A DNA stretch of 49,627 bases from Pseudomonadota bacterium (lineage in GTDB: Bacteria; Pseudomonadota; Gammaproteobacteria; Acidiferrobacterales; UBA6901). Under the pieces are notes generated by a model. It was not told where the DNA came from and ran no database searches. It saw only the letters and a list, made by a program, of their open reading frames with translations. The stretch is taken from contig JAJYCY010000001.1 of assembly GCA_021778035.1 (NCBI GenBank), positions 22,530 to 72,156 of the forward strand, read 5' to 3'. Each line of letters begins with the position of its first letter. The stretch's first letter is position 1. Shown here piece by piece: positions 21,290 to 29,064 of the stretch. The translations under genes were made by a program, and so were the position numbers.

Positions 21290-21936
21290 GTACGGTTGCA
21301 GTCATCGACTACGGGATGGGCAACCTGCGTTCGGTATGCAAGGCGCTTGAGCATGTTGCTCCGGCTGCGCGGGTGTTCCTGACCGCCGATCCCGATGCCT
21401 TGGTGCGTGCGGACAGGATCGTTTTTCCCGGCCAGGGGGCGATCGGGGGGTGCATTTCGGAGCTGGACCGTCTTGGCCTGCGGGCGGCTGTCCTCCAGGG
21501 CATGAACACGAAGCCGTTTCTCGGGATATGCCTCGGTCTACAGGCGCTCTACGCTTACAGCGAAGAGGGCGGCGGCACGGCGGGTCTGGCGGTGCTTCCG
21601 GGACGCGTGGCGCTTTTTCCGCATGAGCGCATGCACAATCCGGCAGACGGGCAGATCCTGAAGGTTCCGCATATGGGCTGGAACCAGGTGCACCAGGTTG
21701 CTGCGCACCCCCTGTGGCGCGGGATTGCCCAGGATTCGCGCTTTTACTTTGTGCACAGCTATTATGCGGATGCGGGTGACCGCGGGCAGGTTATGGGGAT
21801 AACCGAATACGGTGTGCGCTTTACCTCGGCGGCAGGCCGTGAGAATATTTTTGCAGTCCAGTTTCACCCCGAAAAGAGTCAGCATGCGGGACTGGTCCTG
21901 CTGGGTAATTTCATGTCCTGGGATGGGTCTGCATGA
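21286..21936 (+). CDS. hisH: Imidazole glycerol phosphate synthase, glutaminase subunit
   Basis: IDYGMGNLRSV, FPGQG, LGICLG, VPHMGWN, FYFVHSY, QFHPEKS. Confidence 0.98.
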   Translation: MSTVAVIDYGMGNLRSVCKALEHVAPAARVFLTADPDALVRADRIVFPGQGAIGGCISELDRLGLRAAVLQGMNTKPFLGICLGLQALYAYSEEGGGTAGLAVLPGRVALFPHERMHNPADGQILKVPHMGWNQVHQVAAHPLWRGIAQDSRFYFVHSYYADAGDRGQVMGITEYGVRFTSAAGRENIFAVQFHPEKSQHAGLVLLGNFMSWDGSA

Positions 21937-21992
21937 GAAGCATCGCTGCCCGGAATGCCGGACGGAAGAGCAGACACGGGAAGCGCCGCTGA
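21933..21992 (+). other. Candidate mini-ORF after hisH, MRSIAARNAGRKSRHGKRR* (19 aa)
   Basis: ATG overlaps the hisH TGA (ATGA); stop lies 12 nt before the AAGGAG-preceded in-frame hisA ATG at 22005. Confidence 0.3.
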
Positions 21993-22004
21993 TCCGAAGG
22001 AGAC

Positions 22005-22799
22005 ATGGCGTTCTGGCTTCGGCAGGGCGCGGATGAGTCATCCCCCATGAGTAATGCACAGATGCTAGTTATCCCTGCGATCGACATCAAAGACGGCAAA
22101 TGCGTGCGCCTCAGGCAGGGCCGCATGGATGATGACACGGTTTTTTCTAATGACCCGGTTGCGGTAGCAGGCCGCTGGATAAAGGCCGGAGCGCGGCGCC
22201 TGCACGTCGTTGATCTCAATGGCGCCTTCGCCGGCAAGCCGGTCAATGCGGAAGTGGTTGAGGCGATCGTGAAGTCGTATCCGGATCTGCCGGTGCAGGT
22301 AGGTGGCGGAATCCGGGACGAGGAGACGATCCAGGCCTATCTGGATGCCGGTGTACGCTATGTGATCCTCGGCACCAAGGCGGTCAATGCGCCGCATTTC
22401 GTAGGCGACATGTGCGCGGAATTTCCCGGACATATCATTATCGGGCTGGACGCCCGGGACGGGAAAGTCGCCATCGACGGCTGGTCAAAGCTGTCCGGTC
22501 ACGATGTGATTGATCTTGCAAAGCGCTACCAGGACGAAGGCGTGGATGCGATCATATACACCGACATAGGGCGTGACGGCATGCTCAGCGGTGTGAATGT
22601 CGATGCCACGCTGCGGCTTGCCCGGTCGATATCCATACCCGTGATCGCGTCTGGTGGAATCAGCAGTCTTGAGGACATCCGGCGGCTTTGCGGCATCCAG
22701 GATCAGGGTGTGGTTGGGGCCGTTACCGGGCGCGCGATCTACGAGGGCACGCTGGATTTTGCCGAGGCCCAGAAGCTGGCGGATTCACTGGCTTCCTGA
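22005..22799 (+). CDS. hisA: ProFAR isomerase
   Basis: [51 protein letters not shown]; start may be 22005 (good SD), 22047 or 22062. Confidence 0.97.
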   Translation: MAFWLRQGADESSPMSNAQMLVIPAIDIKDGKCVRLRQGRMDDDTVFSNDPVAVAGRWIKAGARRLHVVDLNGAFAGKPVNAEVVEAIVKSYPDLPVQVGGGIRDEETIQAYLDAGVRYVILGTKAVNAPHFVGDMCAEFPGHIIIGLDARDGKVAIDGWSKLSGHDVIDLAKRYQDEGVDAIIYTDIGRDGMLSGVNVDATLRLARSISIPVIASGGISSLEDIRRLCGIQDQGVVGAVTGRAIYEGTLDFAEAQKLADSLAS

Positions 22800-22859
22800 A
22801 CACAGGCGTGGCCCGGAGTTCCGGGTAGCCTTAACCGCCAACCGGCGCCGGATTTCAAT

Positions 22860-23630
22860 ATGGGTCTTTCCAAGCGCATCATTCCCTGTCTCGACGTCGA
22901 CAATGGCCGGGTCGTGAAGGGGGTGCGTTTTGTCGACATCCGGGATGCCGGTGACCCCGTGGAAATTGCGCGCCGCTATGACCAGCAGGGCGCGGACGAG
23001 ATTACGTTCCTGGACATTACGGCAAGCTCGGATAACCGCCAGACGATGGTGCACGTCGTGGAGGCCATGGCCGAACAGGTTTTCATACCGCTTACCGTGG
23101 GCGGCGGCATCCGTCAGGTCGGGGACGTCAGGCGCATGCTTGTGGCAGGCGCCGACAAGGTCGCAATCAATACGGCGGCGGTCGCCAATCCCGAATTCGT
23201 GCGGGAGGCGTCCGGCCATTTCGGTTCACAGTGCATCGTGGTCGCAATCGATGCCAAGCAGGTGAAGTCCGGCGACAATCCGTGCTGGGAGGTATTTACC
23301 CACGGCGGGCGCCGTGGCACAGGCATTGACGCAGTGGGCTGGGCGGTCAGGATGGCAGAATATGGTGCCGGCGAGATCCTCCTGACCAGTATGGACCGCG
23401 ACGGCACCCGTGACGGATTCGATCTTGCCCTGGTGCGCGCGGTGTGTGACGCCGTGACGATCCCGGTGATCGCCTCGGGTGGCGTGGGCAATCTTGACCA
23501 TCTAGTGGATGGCATACTGAAAGGCCATGCTGATGCCGTGCTCGCAGCCAGCATCTTCCACTTCGGGGAATATACCGTCGGAGATGCCAAGCGGAGACTG
23601 GCGGAATGTGGAATAGAGGTGCGGCTCTGA
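22860..23630 (+). CDS. hisF: Imidazole glycerol phosphate synthase, cyclase subunit
   Basis: [50 protein letters not shown]. Confidence 0.98.
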   Translation: MGLSKRIIPCLDVDNGRVVKGVRFVDIRDAGDPVEIARRYDQQGADEITFLDITASSDNRQTMVHVVEAMAEQVFIPLTVGGGIRQVGDVRRMLVAGADKVAINTAAVANPEFVREASGHFGSQCIVVAIDAKQVKSGDNPCWEVFTHGGRRGTGIDAVGWAVRMAEYGAGEILLTSMDRDGTRDGFDLALVRAVCDAVTIPVIASGGVGNLDHLVDGILKGHADAVLAASIFHFGEYTVGDAKRRLAECGIEVRL

Positions 23631-23639
23631 GAGTCCTAG

Positions 23640-23714
23640 ATGTACGGTGCAGGCAAGGGTCTGCCCGGTGCGGACTTCAGCGGGATGAGAGTGAATGATT
23701 GGGTCATGGCTTGA
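23640..23714 (+). other. Candidate bridging mini-ORF hisF->his[25 protein letters not shown] (24 aa)
   Basis: ATG 9 nt after the hisF TGA; overlaps the first 20 nt of hisI. Confidence 0.25.
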
Positions 23715-24093
23715 TGCAGTCAGATGGGACGCAGCCGGGCTCGTTCCGGTGATCGCCCAGGATCACGCCACTGGCCGCGTGCTGATGGTGGCATGGATGA
23801 ACCGCGAAGCGCTGGCGGCAACGGTGCAGGAAGGCAGGGCGGTATACTGGTCAAGGTCGCGCCAGCGGCTCTGGCGCAAGGGCGAAGAGTCTGGTCACGT
23901 CCAGACAGTCCGCGACATACGCCTCGACTGCGACAGCGATGCGGTGCTGCTCAGCGTTGAGCAGGCTGGGGGTATTGCCTGCCACACCGGGCGCAACAGC
24001 TGCTTTTTCCAGCAATTACAGGGTGACCAGTGGGTGGCGGTAGACCCGGTGATCAAGAGCGAGTCGGAAATCTATCGCGGGGGCGGCAAATGA
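23695..24093 (+). CDS. hisI: Phosphoribosyl-AMP cyclohydrolase
   Basis: [42 protein letters not shown]. Confidence 0.97.
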   Translation: MIGSWLDAVRWDAAGLVPVIAQDHATGRVLMVAWMNREALAATVQEGRAVYWSRSRQRLWRKGEESGHVQTVRDIRLDCDSDAVLLSVEQAGGIACHTGRNSCFFQQLQGDQWVAVDPVIKSESEIYRGGGK

Positions 24094-24188
24094 ACGGCGC
24101 AGCGGGCGGACGGAAGAAACCCCTGACGGTGCGCGGAACCGTTTCCGGCCCAGCGGCTAGTGCGGCCAGATATCCCAGGTGCCTGTAA
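24090..24188 (+). other. Candidate bridging mini-ORF hisI->his[33 protein letters not shown] (32 aa)
   Basis: ATG overlaps the hisI TGA (ATGA); TAA (24186-8) ends 2 nt before the hisE ATG (24191). Confidence 0.4.
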
Positions 24189-24190
24189 TC

Positions 24191-24517
24191 ATGTCTGAAA
24201 TCCTAGAGGAACTTGCTGCCGTGCTCGAGGCCCGCAAAACCGCGGATCCATCGTCGTCATATGTTGCCGGCCTTTACAGCCGGGGTCTCGATGCCATTCT
24301 GAAGAAAATCGGCGAGGAATCGGCTGAACTGCTGATTGCGGCAAAGGGTGGGGACACCCACCAGCTGGTGCACGAGATGGCTGATCTCTGGTTCCATACG
24401 CTGGTGCTACTTGCGCAATCGGGGCTGAAGCCGGATGATGTACTGCTCGAGCTGAAGCGCCGGTTCGGCCTTTCCGGACTCGAGGAAAAGGCACGGCGCG
24501 GAAAGACTGGGCTATGA
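24191..24517 (+). CDS. hisE: Phosphoribosyl-ATP pyrophosphatase
   Basis: [39 protein letters not shown]. Confidence 0.96.
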   Translation: MSEILEELAAVLEARKTADPSSSYVAGLYSRGLDAILKKIGEESAELLIAAKGGDTHQLVHEMADLWFHTLVLLAQSGLKPDDVLLELKRRFGLSGLEEKARRGKTGL

Positions 24518-24852
24518 CGGATTGTCTTTTTTGCCGGATCGTACAGGGCAAGCTGCCTTCGGAGCGGGTCCATGAGGATGGCGATGTGATCGTCATCCGT
24601 GACATCTACCCCAAGGCTCCGGTGCATCTGCTGGTGATTCCGCGCATTCACTGTGACAGCCTGAACGAACTGGCCCCGGAGCATGACCGGCTGATCGCGC
24701 ATATGATCCGGCTGTTGCCGGAACTTGCGCGTCGCGAAGGGCTGGCTGACGGATTCCGCGTGGTGATCAACACGGGTCGCGGAGGGGGACAGGAGATCCT
24801 CCACCTTCACATCCATCTGCTGGGCGGTACCGGGCATCTGCCGGGATTTTGA
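24514..24852 (+). CDS. Histidine triad nucleotide-binding protein (HinT family)
   Basis: [37 protein letters not shown]. Confidence 0.95.
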   Translation: MTDCLFCRIVQGKLPSERVHEDGDVIVIRDIYPKAPVHLLVIPRIHCDSLNELAPEHDRLIAHMIRLLPELARREGLADGFRVVINTGRGGGQEILHLHIHLLGGTGHLPGF

Positions 24853-24873
24853 CAGACCAAGAGGAAAACTGAC

Positions 24874-25176
24874 ATGGGCGAATTCAGCATCTGGCACTGG
24901 GTGGTCATTCTGGCCATCGTCCTGGTCATCTTCGGAACAAAGAAGTTGCGCAATGTCGGCAGCGACCTTGGCGGAGCCATCAAGAACTTCAAGCAGGCCA
25001 TGAAAGAGGAGGCCGGCCAGGACGGAACCGGCAGCGGGCAAGTGGAGGGACAGGCGCCAGTTCCTGAAATCCGCAAGATCGAGCGGCAGCCGGCCAAGGC
25101 GTCGCGCACGAAGGGCGCAGCTGCATCCAAGGCAGCCAAGACAAAGGGCAGCCCCCGCTCGAAAAAGACGGCCTGA
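24874..25176 (+). CDS. tatA: Twin-arginine translocase TatA, copy 1 (Lys/Ala-rich tail)
   Basis: [36 protein letters not shown]. Confidence 0.93.
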   Translation: MGEFSIWHWVVILAIVLVIFGTKKLRNVGSDLGGAIKNFKQAMKEEAGQDGTGSGQVEGQAPVPEIRKIERQPAKASRTKGAAASKAAKTKGSPRSKKTA

Positions 25177-25178
25177 CA

Positions 25179-25262
25179 GGCCGGCAGATCCACCACGGGG
25201 TGCGGTCACCCCCTGCATAGTCTACTGACGGGCGGCAGCGGGCCGGCAGATCCACCGCGGGG
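25179..25262 (+). repeat. 22-bp direct repeat GGCCGGCAGATCCACC(A/G)CGGGG x2 (25179-25200, 25241-25262)
   Basis: 21/22 identity, 40-nt spacer, between the two tatA copies. Confidence 0.8.
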
Positions 25263-25294
25263 CCGCCGCCGACGAAGCACACGGAAAATCGGAC

Positions 25295-25558
25295 ATGGGC
25301 GAATTCAGCATCTGGCACTGGCTGGTCATTCTGGCCATCGTTGTGGTCATCTTCGGCACCAAGAAGCTGCGCAACATCGGCAGTGACCTGGGCGGGGCCG
25401 TCCGTAATTTCAAGGAATCCATGAAAGGCGAGACGGACAGGTCGCCGGACGATGCTGCCGGCGGTCGCGACGAGTCGCAGCCGGCGGATGACACGCACCG
25501 GATCATCGAAGGCGAGATTACCTCCAAGCATACCGGCAGGGACAAGAAGAAGGTTTGA
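25295..25558 (+). CDS. tatA: Twin-arginine translocase TatA, copy 2
   Basis: [36 protein letters not shown]; RIIEGE near the C-terminus. Confidence 0.93.
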   Translation: MGEFSIWHWLVILAIVVVIFGTKKLRNIGSDLGGAVRNFKESMKGETDRSPDDAAGGRDESQPADDTHRIIEGEITSKHTGRDKKKV

Positions 25559-25583
25559 CCCGGCCCTGACGCGGGCACAATCA

Positions 25584-26084
25584 GTGTTTGATTTCAGCTT
25601 TTCAGAACTGGTCCTGATCGGCCTAATAGCCCTGATTGTCCTCGGGCCACAGCGGCTGCCGGAAGTGGCGCGCGCACTGGGCCGCTGGATGGCGCGTCTG
25701 CGCCGTTTCCTGGAAGACGTGAAGCGCGATGTCGATCATCACGTTCAGGACGACGATCTCGCGGCATTTCGCAAGATCCAGGAAGAGCTTGCTGAAACCA
25801 GGCAGGCGCTGGAGCACTCAGCGCACGAGACCATTTCGGGCCTGAACCTGCATCCGGAATCCGGTAACGCTACTGCCCCCGAGGAAGCGGGCGCGGAAGC
25901 ACCGGACAGCAGCCATCCTGCGGTTGCCGAGATGCCGCAGGTCCGGCGCGCGCGCAAGCCGGCGGCGCGCAAGCGCCCGGCCCGAAAGAATCCTTCACCA
26001 GCCAAAACCGGGTCCCCGATCCAGACGGGTTCCCGGTCTACCCGGAACGGCAATGGCAGCACAAGAAAAACCAGACCCCGCTGA
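25584..26084 (+). CDS. tatB: Twin-arginine translocase TatB
   Basis: [30 protein letters not shown]; GTG start at 25584. Confidence 0.94.
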   Translation: MFDFSFSELVLIGLIALIVLGPQRLPEVARALGRWMARLRRFLEDVKRDVDHHVQDDDLAAFRKIQEELAETRQALEHSAHETISGLNLHPESGNATAPEEAGAEAPDSSHPAVAEMPQVRRARKPAARKRPARKNPSPAKTGSPIQTGSRSTRNGNGSTRKTRPR

Positions 26085-26952
26085 TTCCGCCGAAGGCGGG
26101 GCGGAAGGCAGTTTCATATCCCACCTGCTGGAGTTGCGTAACAGACTGCTCTATTCGGTGCTTTTCATAGGCATCATTTTTCTTGCGCTGGTGCCGTTTT
26201 CCAGCAAGGTGTACTCGCGTGTCGCGCAGCCGCTCATTTCCGTGCTGCCCAAGGGGGCGACCATGATCGCCACCGACGTGACTTCACCGTTTCTGACCCC
26301 CATCAAGCTGACGCTGGCGGTGGCGATAGTCATTGCCATACCGTTCGTGCTGTACCAGCTGTGGGCATTTATCGCGCCGGGGCTGTACCGCCACGAGCGC
26401 AGACTGGTCCTGCCTCTGCTCGTGTCGAGCACTGCGCTGTTCTACACCGGCATGGCATTTGCCTATTTCGTCATCTTTCCTATGGTGTTCAGGTTCTTCG
26501 TCCACTCACTTCCCGCCGGGGTGACGATGATGACCGATATCCGGTCCTACCTGAATTTCGTGTTCTCCATGTTCTTCGCGTTTGGTCTTGCCTTCGAGCT
26601 TCCGGTGGCCGTCGTGCTGCTTGCGTGGATGGGGATCCTCGATCCGGACGCGCTGGCGAAAAAACGTCCATACGTGATTCTGGCGGTATTCGTCATCGCC
26701 GCGTTCCTGACACCGCCGGACGTGTTCTCGCAGACGTTCCTGGCGGTGCCAATGCTGGTGCTGTTCGAGATAGGACTGTTTTTTGCGCGCCGGATCACCC
26801 GCGCGAAAAAAGCGCGGGCGGCGGCAGAAGGCACGAAAGAAGACGACAGCCCCGCCACCGGTGCGCCGGCGGGGCGCAAGACGTCCGGCCGCAACGGCCA
26901 GAGCGCGCGGCGCAGAAGCGCAAACACGAAGACCACACGTCCCAAACGCTGA
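26053..26952 (+). CDS. tatC: Twin-arginine translocase TatC
   Basis: [43 protein letters not shown]; ATG at 26053. Confidence 0.96.
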   Translation: MAAQEKPDPADSAEGGAEGSFISHLLELRNRLLYSVLFIGIIFLALVPFSSKVYSRVAQPLISVLPKGATMIATDVTSPFLTPIKLTLAVAIVIAIPFVLYQLWAFIAPGLYRHERRLVLPLLVSSTALFYTGMAFAYFVIFPMVFRFFVHSLPAGVTMMTDIRSYLNFVFSMFFAFGLAFELPVAVVLLAWMGILDPDALAKKRPYVILAVFVIAAFLTPPDVFSQTFLAVPMLVLFEIGLFFARRITRAKKARAAAEGTKEDDSPATGAPAGRKTSGRNGQSARRRSANTKTTRPKR

Positions 26953-26961
26953 GCCGTGCGG

Positions 26962-28134
26962 TTACTCGAGATGCCGGGCCTGCTCCGGCCTTTCCGCGGT
27001 CCTGGCCGATAGCGCCAGGACCGAGTTGTTGCGCAGGATGCTCATGCGTATGACATCCCCCGGCCGGTGCCCCGAGATCGTCAGCAGCGCCTGACGTGCA
27101 TCGTCGATCGGTTTGCCGTCCAGCGATAGAATGATATCGCCAGGCTTGATGCCTGCCTTGGCGGCAGGCCCATTGCGCACGATGCCTATGACGACGATGC
27201 CATGAACGGAAGGCCTGATTCCCAGTGCCTGGGAGATCTGCGGAGTGAGCGCGTGGGCATCGATGCCGAGCCAGCCTCTCAGTGGCCGGCCGTACTCGAT
27301 GATCTGTGCCATGACGTTGACGGCCAGGCTGGTCGGGATGGCAAAACCGATTCCCTGGGATCCGCCGCTCTGGCTCACGATAAGCGTGTTGATTCCTATC
27401 AGGTCGCCTTCGGTATTGACCAGGGCGCCACCGGAATTGCCGGGATTGATGGGGGCATCGGTCTGGATGAAGTTGTCGAATCTGCTGACGCCGAGCCGGC
27501 TGCGGCCGGTCGCGCTCACGATGCCCATGGTGACGGTCTGTCCGACGCCGAAGGGATTGCCGATCGCAAGCACGACATCCCCTATGCGGATATGGTCGGA
27601 GTGTCCGATGGTGATGACCGGCAGATGGGGCAGGTTGATCTTCAGGATGGCGATATCCGTGTCCGGATCAGTGCCGACCACCTTCGCCGGAGCGCTGCGG
27701 CCATCGCGCAGGACGACCTGGATCGCATCAGCCTTGGCGATCACGTGCCGGTTGGTGAGGATATACCCCTGTTTGCTGATGATGACGCCCGATCCGAGGC
27801 TGGTCTCCAGGCGCTTGTCCGGGGGCCCCTGGGGGCCGATATTGCCGAAAAACTGCTGGAACAGCGGGTTACCGAAAAACGGGTTCGGCCGCACGGTGAC
27901 GACCCTGGCGGTATTCACGTTGACCACGGCCGGAGCCGCGCGATCAACGGCGGCTGCATAGGATACGGGCCCGCTTGTACGTACCGGGGCTGGCGATGGC
28001 GCAGCCTCGATGATCTGGATCGCCGGCTTGCGGTGGGGAATCAGGCCGGGCCAGAGCATGGTGATGACAAACGCAGCCGCGAGGCCCAGGGTGATCGTCT
28101 GTGCAATGAAAAGTACTGCACTCCGCAGCCGCAT
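26962..28134 (-). CDS. degS: HtrA/DegS-family serine protease, membrane anchored, one PDZ domain
   Basis: Triad TNRHV / DTDIA / NPGNSGG; GNPFGVGQTVTMGIVSA; single C-terminal PDZ; conserved position after tatC. Confidence 0.88.
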   Translation of the reverse strand: MRLRSAVLFIAQTITLGLAAAFVITMLWPGLIPHRKPAIQIIEAAPSPAPVRTSGPVSYAAAVDRAAPAVVNVNTARVVTVRPNPFFGNPLFQQFFGNIGPQGPPDKRLETSLGSGVIISKQGYILTNRHVIAKADAIQVVLRDGRSAPAKVVGTDPDTDIAILKINLPHLPVITIGHSDHIRIGDVVLAIGNPFGVGQTVTMGIVSATGRSRLGVSRFDNFIQTDAPINPGNSGGALVNTEGDLIGINTLIVSQSGGSQGIGFAIPTSLAVNVMAQIIEYGRPLRGWLGIDAHALTPQISQALGIRPSVHGIVVIGIVRNGPAAKAGIKPGDIILSLDGKPIDDARQALLTISGHRPGDVIRMSILRNNSVLALSARTAERPEQARHLE

Positions 28135-28458
28135 GATGGTTCTGCTCGGTGGGGTGGACAGGTAAGGAACGCATTGTCTGGCAAGCAGTGCTGGTTTACA
28201 ACCACCGGTCCGCAGGGTGCAGCACGTTTATGCTGTATCCAGAAGTGGTGGTTCTGATATTGATCTGCGTCGCCATTGGTGCAAAAACCCGACTTTCACT
28301 CTTGACTGCACTGGACTGATGGACCATCCTATGCCCGCTTTGAGGGGTCCATCAGCATTTTCTGATCGAAAAAGTGCTTGAACTTCAATCAGTTAAGTTC
28401 GAAATCGGCGGCTTTTCCCGGTGCAGGTGAAAACAACCCGATTGGGGGGTCTTAAAAA

Positions 28459-29064
28459 ATGAGTGAAGATGGTGTTGACCGCGGAAAGCGGCGGTTTTTG
28501 ATAGCGTTGACCACGGGCGTAGGAACGGTCGGGATCGTGTTTGCAGCTACCCCGTTTGTGCTCAGCATGAACCCAAGCGCACGTGCGCGGGCTGCAGGAG
28601 CGCCGGTCGATGTTGATATCAGCAAGCTGGAGCTTGGCCAGATGCTCGTGGTGGCCTGGCGCGGAAAGCCGGTGTATATCGTGAACCGCACCAAGGCAAT
28701 GCTCGCCCAGCTTTCCAACAACGTTTCTCTGCTTGTTGACCCTTACTCAAAAGTCAAAAGCCAGCAGCCTCCCTACGCGGAGAATATCTATCGCGCCCGC
28801 AAGCCCGAGATCCTCGTGGTGCTCGGGGTCTGTACCCACCTGGGGTGCGCACCGAGCAGAGCCTTTACCGTGGGCGCGGCATCGGGTCTGGGTGCCAACT
28901 GGCCGGGCGGTTTCTTCTGCCATTGCCATGGATCGAAATACGATATGTCGGGACGTGTATTCAAGAACGTGCCGGCGCCCTTGAATCTGGATGTTCCTCC
29001 CTACATGTACCTGACCGACACCCTGATCCGCGTCGGTAGTGACAAGAAGAAAGGAGCCGCCTGA
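28459..29064 (+). CDS. petA: Cytochrome bc1 Rieske iron-sulfur subunit
   Basis: Twin-arginine KRRFL, CTHLGC and CHCHGSKYD boxes, PAPLNL. Confidence 0.97.
   Translation: MSEDGVDRGKRRFLIALTTGVGTVGIVFAATPFVLSMNPSARARAAGAPVDVDISKLELGQMLVVAWRGKPVYIVNRTKAMLAQLSNNVSLLVDPYSKVKSQQPPYAENIYRARKPEILVVLGVCTHLGCAPSRAFTVGAASGLGANWPGGFFCHCHGSKYDMSGRVFKNVPAPLNLDVPPYMYLTDTLIRVGSDKKKGAA

Noticed and set aside
25179-25262. Mini-CRISPR interpretation of the 22-bp repeat / 40-nt spacer
   Set aside because: Only two copies, repeat shorter than typical, no leader, no cas genes in the window.
28260-28273. FNR box TTGAT-CTGC-GTCGC upstream of petA
   Set aside because: Second half-site matches ATCAA poorly; cannot be supported.
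28380-28400. Sigma-E promoter from GAACTT hexamers near degS
   Set aside because: No suitable -10 element at 16-nt spacing on either strand.
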